DNA of 32,000 nucleotides from Candidatus Kuenenia stuttgartensis (GTDB lineage: Bacteria; Planctomycetota; Brocadiia; Brocadiales; Brocadiaceae): contig NZ_LT934425.1 of the NCBI RefSeq assembly GCF_900232105.1, forward strand, positions 570,001-602,000, written 5' to 3'. A program made the translations under genes and the position numbers. The notes beneath the pieces were generated by a model, which saw only the letters and a program-made list of their open reading frames with translations, did not search any database and had not been told where the DNA came from. Position 1 is the first letter of the stretch. Every line of letters begins with the position of its first letter. Positions 10,199 to 19,000 of the stretch are shown piece after piece.

Positions 10199-10510
10199 AA
10201 TAATCACTCCCTTTCTGTATTAAAATCAGAATTGTCTTGCGCAGGTGCATGATGTTTTATCCTAAGCAAACCAAAGACCAAAAAATTCGTAACGGATATT
10301 TCGATTTCATTGCTAACTGTTTAAAGCGAAAAAATATAAATATAAATTTGGAATAAAAATAATGATTCTCCGCTATTTTGCCGGAACTCCTGTCGATATC
10401 CTGTGAAAACTACTGTATGCTTTATAGAGAGCACGTCCGGTAGAATAGTTGAGGATTATACTACACATAGACAAGACAAGCTTAAGTGAAATGGTTTCAG
10501 GAAAATATTC

Positions 10511-10910
10511 TTATGCAGAATTTGCGTGATTGTATGCAATACCACGAAGTAAATGATATGCTGATATGACTGGTTATTGGAGGATATTCCATCTCCACAA
10601 TGCTAAGTAATAATAATATTACTTAGGTTTACTAAGCAGGAATTTGTGTAACAACAAATTTTGCTTATTATTTTTAACGCATGATTTGCGTGACTACAGA
10701 TTTCTTCGATATTAATTGATGCAGTTTGGTAATGGCAAGCCCGGGAAAAATATCTTCATTCCTTTTCGAATGTTCAGGATGTTGCAGATAATGACAACGA
10801 GACCATTGTTAACAGAAAATATCAGAGAAGTTGAGATAGATACTTAAACTCCAATGAATAGGTTTCCTCTCAACATTTTTAACGCAAGATTTGCGTGATT
10901 ATTGATTTTC
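10511..10910. repeat. Three dispersed copies of a ~35-45 bp motif containing the small palindrome ACGCA-N5-TGCGT followed by GA(T/C)T
   Basis: Copy a is 10511-10535 (ttatgcagaatttgcgtgattgtat). Copy b is 10670-10704 (atttttaacgcatgatttgcgtgactacagatttc). Copy c is 10874-10910 (catttttaacgcaagatttgcgtgattattgattttc). Core spacing is 164 and 205 bp. Copies a and c also share a ggtttc prefix. Confidence 0.6.
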
Positions 10911-10941
10911 TGTAAATATTTAGTATTTACAAAGGACTGAA

Positions 10942-11237
10942 GATGCACCGTAACTATTCAGCGTAATTTATTAAACTACCGGAGATCAGAGCGCGACTCT
11001 TTCCCAAACCTTGTACTGAACATATTGAAGTATCTGTTTGGGAACGTAATTGCACTGGAAACTTTGTTTCCAGTGAGGGTCTGACTTGACAAATTACAAA
11101 CTGCCTTAACCCTGTGATTTTATTCCCTATCTATCAGCAAACAGACGAGAAACCGGAGTTTCTCGAACAAATGCATTCCCAAACTGGAGTTTGGGAACGA
11201 GCCGTGTATCGTTTACGCTGAATAGTTACGATGCACC
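10942..11237. repeat. ~300-bp segment bounded by an inverted repeat and filled with short perfect hairpins
   Basis: Inverted repeat: 10949-10966 cgtaactattcagcgtaa pairs with 11213-11230 ttacgctgaatagttacg (18/18), with partially matching extensions. Internal hairpins: 11001-11044 (ttcccaaac...gtttgggaa), 11053-11075 (cactggaaac ttt gtttccagtg), 11147-11164 (gagaaac cgga gtttctc) and 11176-11197 (ttcccaaac tgga gtttgggaa). A degenerate third caaac...gttcgggaacgtaa module lies just outside at 11240-11266. Confidence 0.65.
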
Positions 11238-11779
11238 TCTCTCAAACTTGCTGTTCGGGAACGTAAAGGTGACGGAAACTACATTCGTGGGTTCACTCAC
11301 TCATTAGAAGGCTTTTGTCAAGGACAAAATATCTCCGGTCGCAAAAATATCTACATTTTCACGTTTTGAATACCCCTCCAAGTACGGAATCGCTCTTACT
11401 GCTGTTTACGAAAATGACTATACCGTTCACGTTTATCTACGCCCGTGGTATTTCGCAATTGTTTTGGTATCGTTCTCATCCGCACCATTCACCCATCGGG
11501 ATCAAGGCTTTGTGAAAGACTTTCTCACCGCCCCTGACTTATCTTCTGTCCCAGAAAACCATCGGTTCCATACCAGTGTCCAATCGTTATTCACAGAATA
11601 TTCGGCTCTACGGCCAAAACCTCACGGCTCATGGTATGGGCAGATCAGAATGGAATATTCTTTTTCGCCGATTCCTTTACCGGCACAACTCATAATAAAA
11701 GGTGGAACAACTTCCAATCAGGTTTCATGGATTGGTTACCTAACCCGCAACCGGTTCCTTGCACCACCTAATCTGCTTG

Positions 11780-12796
11780 CTACCCAAACATTTTTTTCTC
11801 GTCGTAGTTTACTTGCTCCTTTATTATGTAATAACATGCCCTGGCCAGCTTATTGCTCAAGGCTTTCGTTGCCAGAACTACATGGCTCTTTGACGCCTTC
11901 CTCTGATGCCATTTCCTTCCCTTTTCGCAAAATCTTACGTGAAAATGCGCTGCCTCCACATACGCCCACGCAAGGTATTTATTCCCGTTCTTACGGTTTC
12001 CTTTCCCTTTGCTCTTACCATTCGATAATTTTTTTGCCGATACGCATCTGCAATAAGATGAATACATCCCCACATCACTAAATCGCTCTATGTTCCCAGT
12101 CTCCAGCATTATCGTCATTGCCAGGATTTCGCCTATCCCTGGCACCTTGAGCAATTTCTTATACGGCTTCTTTAGCTTCACCTCCTTTAATACCGCTTTC
12201 TCTATCTTGTATATCTGCTTATTTAATACCTCTATTACCTCGTGATCGCACTGTGCTGACATGGTCAAATGCACGTCGCTGAACATCCCCATTACCTCTT
12301 CGTTACTCAGCTTCTTTATCGTATCACCGCTTATCGGTACTCCTTTGTTACGGTTTACCATCGTTTGCATACTCAATATATGCGCTGTCCTTTGTTGTAC
12401 CAACATCATCCGCTTCCTCAGTAAATCCCTCACTGACCGCGTCTCTTTGGGATAAATATATCCCTCTGGTAATATCTTTAACCGTAACATCTTTGCCAAC
12501 CAAAACGAATCCCTCGTGTCGTCAATGTACTTTAATCCCTCATACTGCTGCATTGCCGATGTATTTGCCAGGTGTACCTGATAGCCTGCCTCCATCAGAC
12601 CATCCACTATCCAGTACCAGTTAAAGGTCGATTCTACTACTATACCCTTTATTTCTTTTTTGTATGGCTCTAATACGCGCTTTATTTCATTGATGTCATT
12701 ACGGTTTCTCCTCTTGAATACCTTCCGATCCTCCTCATCGAGTATTCCAATATAATTATTATCACCATGTAAATCTATTCCTACGAAATATCCCAT
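11780..12796 (-). CDS. IS110-family transposase/recombinase (DEDD RuvC-like N-domain plus Transposase_20-type C-domain), 338 aa
   Basis: The ATG at 12796 has AGGAGG upstream (taaggagggagcgagcaATG). MGYFVGIDLHG, VVESTFNWYW and DDTRDSFWLAKM give the DEDD-type acidic residues. C-terminal LLKVPGIGEILAMTIMLETGNIERF...YSSYCRCVSAKKLSNGKSKGKGNRKNGNKYLAWAYVEAA is typical of the IS110 family. Confidence 0.9.
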   Translation of the reverse strand: MGYFVGIDLHGDNNYIGILDEEDRKVFKRRNRNDINEIKRVLEPYKKEIKGIVVESTFNWYWIVDGLMEAGYQVHLANTSAMQQYEGLKYIDDTRDSFWLAKMLRLKILPEGYIYPKETRSVRDLLRKRMMLVQQRTAHILSMQTMVNRNKGVPISGDTIKKLSNEEVMGMFSDVHLTMSAQCDHEVIEVLNKQIYKIEKAVLKEVKLKKPYKKLLKVPGIGEILAMTIMLETGNIERFSDVGMYSSYCRCVSAKKLSNGKSKGKGNRKNGNKYLAWAYVEAAHFHVRFCEKGRKWHQRKASKSHVVLATKALSNKLARACYYIIKEQVNYDEKKMFG

Positions 12797-12972
12797 TGCT
12801 CGCTCCCTCCTTACTTTGTTATTATTTAACAATCGCCTTTCACGGTATCCTCCATTTTACCATGAAGAGTGCGCTCGGAGGTGCCTTCTATATGATTATC
12901 AGGTTTGTAACCTGAACCAAACGTTTTATGCTTTCAATCCCGCCTTCTATTAGCAGAAAAATGGCAAAATGT

Positions 12973-12996
12973 ATCAGGAGCATCCCTGCTCCTGAT
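12973..12996 (-). other. Perfect 10-bp stem / 4-nt loop hairpin (atcaggagca ggga tgctcctgat on the minus strand)
   Basis: Seen directly. On the minus strand it is followed by acattttgccattttt, which is only partly U-rich. It could be a second terminator for the giant gene or part of the IS110 leader RNA. Confidence 0.4.
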
Positions 12997-13057
12997 TGCA
13001 ACCCACCGGGAATAACTTAGAAATGGTTTCAAAACACGTCTTTACCGCTTGAAAATG

Positions 13058-13080
13058 AAAAAAACAACCCTGACAGGGTT
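13058..13080 (-). terminator. Candidate rho-independent terminator of the giant gene
   Basis: Minus strand: aaccct gtc agggtt g ttttttt, beginning 4 nt after the TAG stop (13087-13085). The stem is only 6 bp, so it is weak. Confidence 0.5.
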
Positions 13081-13084
13081 AATC

Positions 13085-16000
13085 CTAATTCATCATAACC
13101 ACTTCCAGCGGAATCGTGTCGGACAATGTGTCTTTATTAAACAATAACAACACTTCCTCTTTACTTAATGCCTGATTATAAATGCGGACTTCATCTATGC
13201 TTCCACGGAAAAATCCCCAGTCGGTATATCTTGTTCCTATGGCCATATAATTCCGACTCGTTAATGGCACTATCACATTCCCCGATGGATGTGTTTGTGT
13301 ATCCGCCAACTGCCCGTCCACATATAACTTCTGTTCTCCCGTAGTCTTGTTGTATGTACCAACAACATGATACCAACTCCCATTCGAATCGGTAAAATCC
13401 TTTGTTGCATCTTTTACTGTCCTTGTCCCGCTTGTATTCCTTGTGACCACGACAAACCGAAGTCTGTTGGGCGTACCCGAATTAAAATACAAGTCAAATC
13501 CTTCCTGCAATTGCACATCAGCATTATATATAAAACCACCAAATATAACGCTAGTGCCAGATGCATTTTTATTGAACCATGCAGATACTGAAATCTCATC
13601 ATAATTCATTCTAGGAATTGTTACATAATCATTCCCGTCAAAATTCAATGCGCCACCGATTTTTCCCGTTGTCCATGTAGCTCCGGTAATTGTACCATTT
13701 CTGTTATTACCTGACGAATCCGTTGCAGTCGTTCCTCTCCCTTCATCAAATGTATAGTAGGCCTGCTGAGTCGTGTCCTGTGCAGCACCAGTGGTAAAGC
13801 TCCATGTGTAATTGGCCGCCATCGCATTCCCCGCCACATCCTTTACCCCCGTGGTAACCGTCACTGTGTACATTGTAGAATATGCCAGTGTACCTGACGG
13901 TGTAAACGTGACCGTCGTATCACTGCACGATACCGTTCCTCCTATAGTACCGTTCCCGTCACTCACCAGAAATGTTGACTGTGTTATGCTGCCGGCTTCC
14001 ATCGCCTCGCTGAACGTGCCGGTGATGACACTATCAATGGCAACATTGGTCGCACCATTTGCAGGACTTGTTGCGCTCACCGTCGGCGGCGTCGTGTCGG
14101 GCGCTGCACCAGTGGTAAAGCTCAATGTGTAATTGGCCGCCATCGCATTCCCTGACACATCCTTTACCCCTGTGGTAACCGTTACTGTGTACATCGTAGA
14201 ATATGCCAGACTACCTGACGGCGTAAACGTGGCAGTCGTACCGCTGTATGATACCGTTCCTCCTATAGTGCCGCTCCCGCCACTCACCAGAAATGTTGAC
14301 TGTGTTATGCTGCCGGCATCCATTGCCTCGCTAAACGTGCCGGTGATGACACTATCAATGGCAACATTGGTCGCACCATTTGCAGGACTTGTTGTGCTCA
14401 CCTCCGGCGGCGTCGTATCGGGCGCTGCATCAGTGGTAAAGCTCAATGTGTAATTGGCCGCCATCGCATTCCCTGACACATCCTTTACCCCTGTGGTAAC
14501 CGTTACTGTGTACGTCGTAGAATATGCCAGTGTGCCTGACGGAGTAAACGTGACCGTCGTATCACTGCACGATACCGTTCCTCCTATAGTACCGTTCCCG
14601 TCACTCACCAGAAATGTTGACTGTGTTATGCTGCCGGCTTCCATTGCCTCGCTAAACGTGCCGGTGATGACACTATCAATGGCAACATTGGTCGCACCAT
14701 TTGCAGGACTTGTTGTGCTCACCTCCGGCGGCGTCGTATCGGGCGCTGCACCAGTGGTAAAGCTCAATGTGTAATTGGCCGCCATCGCATTCCCTGACAC
14801 ATCCTTTACCCCTGTGGTAACCGTTACTGTGTACATCGTAGAATATGCCAGACTACCTGACGGCGTAAACGTGGCTGTCGTTCCGTTGTACGATACCGTT
14901 CCTCCTATAGTGCCGCTCCCGCCACTCACCAGAAATGTTGACTGTGTTATGCTGCCGGCTTCCATCGCCTCGCTGAACGTGCCGGTGATGACACTATCAA
15001 TGGCAACATTGGTCGCACCATTTGCAGGACTTGTTGTGCTCACCTCCGGTGGCGTCGTGTCGGGACTTACAGTGTCATTAAACAAAGACAACACCTCCTG
15101 GTCGCTCAGAGCCCGATTGTAAACCCGAACCTCGTCGACCTTACCGTCCATATAACCATTATTAACCCTTGAATACCCTATCCTCATATCTGAATAGGAC
15201 GTCAGTGGCACTATTGTGTTCCCTGCAGGATGGAGTTGGGTATTAACTAGCTGTCCATCTACATATAGCTTCTGTTCTCCTGTAGTTTTATTATACGTAC
15301 CTGCAGCGTAATGCCAATTACCAACTGAATTGCTAAAACTATACGTTCCTGTCTTAGTTGTCCTGGTTCCACTCACATTTTTTGACGTTAATATAAAATC
15401 AAGTCTGTCTGGAGAACTCGGATAAAATCGTAAATCAAAACCCTCCTGCTGTTGTAAGTTTGAACTCCATCTCCATCCACCGAATATGGCATCAGCGTTC
15501 GTCGTGTCATTTGCATTTTTATAAAACCATGCAGAAACCGAAATCTCGTCATAGTTTAAACGGGGAATCGATACATAATTGCTTGTACCGTTAAAACCCA
15601 AAGCCCCGCCGATTTTCCCTGTTGTCCATGTGGCTCCGGTAATTGTGCCATTTCTGTTATTACCCGACGAATCCGTTGCAGTCGCTCCCGTCCCTTCATC
15701 AAATGCATAGTGTGCCTGCAGAGTTGAGTCAGGCGATGCTCCCGTGGTAAAGCTCCAGACGTAATCGGCGTCCATACCATTGCCCGCCACATCCTTTACC
15801 CCTGTGGTAATCGTAGCCGTGTAGGTGGTGGATGAGGACAGGTTGCCAGACGGGGTAAACGTGGCAGTCGTACCGCTGTATGATACCGTTCCTCCTATAG
15901 TGCCGCTCCCGCCACTCACCAGAAATGTTGACTGTGTTATGCTGCCGGCATCCATTGCCTCGCTAAACGTGCCGGTGATGACACTATCAATGGCAACATT

Positions 16001-19000
16001 GGTCGCACCATTTGCAGGACTTGTTGTGCTCACCTCCGGCGGCGTCGTATCGGGCGCTGCATCAGTGGTAAAGCTCAATGTGTAATTGGCCGCCATCGCA
16101 TTCCCTGACACATCCTTTACCCCTGTGGTAACCGTTACTGTGTACATCGTAGAATATGCCAGACTACCTGACGGCGTAAACGTGGCTGTCGTTCCGTTGT
16201 ACGATACCGTTCCTCCTATAGTACCGCTCCCGCCACTCACCAGAAATGTTGACTGTGTTATGCTGCCGGCCTCCATTGCCTCACTGAACGTGCCGGTGAT
16301 GACACTATCAATGGCAACATTGGTCGCACCATTTGCAGGACTTGTTGTGCTCACCTCCGGTGGCGTCGTGTCGGGACTTACAGTGTCATTAAACAAAGAC
16401 AACACCTCCTGGTCGCTCAAAGCCCGATTGTAAACCCGAACCTCGTCGACCTTACCGTCCATATAACCATTATTAACCCTTGAATACCCTATCCTCATAT
16501 CTGAATAGGACGTCAGTGGCACTATTGTGTTCCCCGCAGGATGGAGTTGGGTATTAACTAGCTGTCCATCTACATATAGCTTCTGTTCTCCTGTAGTTTT
16601 ATTATACGTACCTGCAGCGTAATGCCAATTACCAACTGAATTGCTAAAACTATACGTTCCTGTCTTAGTTATCCTGGTTCCACTCACATTTTTTGACGTT
16701 AATATAAAATTAAGTGTGTTCGGGGAACTCTGATGAAATCGTAAATCAAAACCCTCCTGCTGTTGTAAGTTTGAACTCCATCTCCATCCACCGAATATGG
16801 CATCAGCGTTCGCCGTGTCATTTGCATTTTTATAAAACCACGCAGAAACCGAAATCTCGTCATAGTTTAAACGGGGAATCGATACATAATTGCTTGTACC
16901 GTTAAAACCCAAAGCCCCGCCGATTTTCCCTGTTGTCCATGTGGCTCCGGTAATTGTGCCATTTCTGTTATTACCCGACGAATCCGTTGCAGTCGCTCCA
17001 CTACCATCGTCAAACGCATAAAAAGCATGCAAAGCGCTGGATGTATCAGTTGATGGCATACCACTTGATGTTGTAAAGGACATTTTACTCCCATATGTCG
17101 TACCAGCACTGTTCTGCGCCGCTATCCTGTAATAATAAGTCTTTCCTGCCGATAATCCACTTATACCGATGCTTATCGTTGCCTCGTTCGACCCACCCGC
17201 ACTCTGCGTTGATGATTTACTGCCATAAGACCCGCTGGTCTCTCCATACTCGAACCACACCGTTGTCAATAACCCACCGGCATTCACCGTACCATTCAAT
17301 GTAGCAGTGCCAGACGTTACATCAGTTGCTGACCCTGTCGTCGCCGTCGGAATGGTGCCGTCAGGAGTGGTAGCACCAGTATAGATCACGGTAATCGTGT
17401 CTGTCTCCGTATTGCCTGCCCCATCTGTGGCTGTTATCGTGATTATATTCTCTCCACCTGATAAGCCTATGCCGGAAATATTCCAGCTTGTGCTTCCACT
17501 GGCCGTACCGCTTACACCCTTATTATTACTCCACGTTACACTGCTTACACCACTGGCACTATCTGAGGCATTGCCACCCAGGTTTATCATGCTGCTGGTA
17601 GTCTCATAGGTAGCGCTTGAAGTAGGACTGGTTATGGTTGCCACAGGATTGACCGTATCCAGAATGATAGAATCACTGGACGCTTCTGACACATTCCCTG
17701 CGGCATCCTTATACCACACATAGACCATCTTAGTACCATCCCCGCTGCTCAACGTATAGGAAACATCTTCGGTGTAACTGATAGAAGAAGTGACGGACGT
17801 CCACCCAGTGGCTGATGCTGATGGCGTCATGGAACTGGTAGAAAGGAAATATCCCGCCACCCCTACATTATCCGTTGCCGAAAGCGTCAGGGTTACTGTC
17901 CTTGAACCGATATAGGCATCGCCACTGTTTATACTGATCGAACAATTCGGCGCGGTGGTATCAGCGACAGAGGTTGATGACGGTGGCGGCAATTTCCATG
18001 TGCCGGCGAAAGAGCTTATGTAGACATAACTATTGTAAGGATTGACTGATATACCATGGATATTGATATCTGAACCCAGATTCCCATTAATATTCGTCCA
18101 GGTCATTCCATAATCGGTTGAACGAAAAATACCGTTTGAATGACCATACCATGAAGCATAAGCGGCTGCATACACCACATTGGGGTTGTTTGGGTCTACG
18201 GCTACTGAATTGATATCTTCGTATCCGTACCTGCTTTTAGTAATACCGTTGGCATTACCTCGGTATATCGTCTCTCCGCCATTGGCGCTTGTGTCTGTTA
18301 TGATATAGATACCTTCATTCCTCACCGCAGCATAGATTCTGTTTTGGTTTGTGGGGTCTATGGCAATTTGTTTAATATGATTACCACTTTTAACAGGTAT
18401 TGATGGATATAGGTTTGTCGCCGACCACGTGCTTCCTTTATCTGTGGATTTTTGAATATACCAATTACCGGTAGTACCATCTTTCCCCCAGGTATATACA
18501 ATGTCGCCATTCCCCTGAAACATGCCAAGGACGACTTTTGAATTCGCTACTGCAACATACGCATTAGATGTTCTTATATTATCAAACCTGTATTTGCCCG
18601 CATAAAGAATGTTATTATTTTGCGGATGGAAACTCATTAAACAATTTAACCAGTCATTTTCCCCCCCTTCAGTCCCGGATATAGCAGCAAAGGAATCTCC
18701 GCTATTTCTTGATACGGCAACTTTATATTCACCATCTGTCCAATTTCCATTAATTTCAACAATAATATTCCCCTTTATTGCCCCGCCAGCCGCAGATCCT
18801 TTTGGCGTGGCGGTTGAAATACTCTTAAAAGTATCCTCGCCATCCGTTGTTAGCATCGGCCCAAAGTCCATATGGAAAGTTGCCAATACATTTGGATCAT
18901 CTCTATCCCATCCAAACAGAGACGGACTGCTCACTATCCCAGCAGAGCCGGTATAGCCTGTATTTGAATACTTCCAGGTAACACCTCCGTTAGTAGTCTT

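Larger units (their letters stand above)
11780..13057 (-). mobile_element. IS110-family insertion sequence; ends not resolvable from a single copy
   Basis: Single transposase ORF with a 261-nt structured non-coding leader (12797-13057). Leader hairpins are at 12973-12996 and 12900-12914. The family has no classical terminal inverted repeats, so boundaries need a second copy or an empty site. The 3' boundary may lie left of 11780. Confidence 0.55.

Noticed and set aside
10199-10207. Longer ORF-track starts: 1370, 6918, 10207, 12832, 21796 and 25690
   Set aside because: In each case an internal start has a clear SD and/or restores the canonical family N-terminus. The extensions use TTG/GTG starts or lie in upstream genes or repeats, so they are treated as ORF-caller maximal extensions.
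10436-10443. ops/JUMPStart-like element (tccggtag versus GGCGGTAG) upstream of the polysaccharide operon
   Set aside because: It has one mismatch in the critical core and lies on the plus strand, the wrong orientation for the minus-strand operon.
10511-10910. Possible CRISPR array, because a ~35-bp motif recurs three times
   Set aside because: Spacing of 164 and 205 bp is far too long and irregular, the copies are degenerate, and there are no cas genes in the window.
11199-11241. Group II intron domain V-like start (GAGCCGTGTATCG...CGATGCACCTCTC)
   Set aside because: The helix has a 17-nt apical loop instead of the compact 34-nt domain V with a GNRA tetraloop. There is no GUGYG 5' end, no intron-encoded reverse transcriptase, and no other domains.
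11464-12081. 205-aa plus-strand ORF overlapping the 3' end of the IS110 transposase gene
   Set aside because: It is a low-complexity S/P/L-rich product antisense to a well-supported transposase. It has no RBS and no recognisable motif.
13812-16433. Series of plus-strand ORFs of 86-115 aa (MAAIAFP(A/D)TSFTPVVTVTV...) with perfect 321-bp phasing
   Set aside because: They are antisense shadows of the Ig-like repeats of the giant minus-strand gene. The Thr/Gly/Ala/Val-rich codons leave the opposite strand open, and the periodicity simply mirrors the repeat. The sense frame has clear domain signatures and the antisense frame has none.
13790-17400. Visibly higher GC content of the giant gene's repeat region as a sign of horizontal acquisition
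   Set aside because: It is explained by amino-acid composition (Thr/Gly/Ala/Ser/Pro/Val-rich Ig and LamG domains). The rest of the same gene has composition similar to the flanks. This cannot be tested further without genome-wide statistics.
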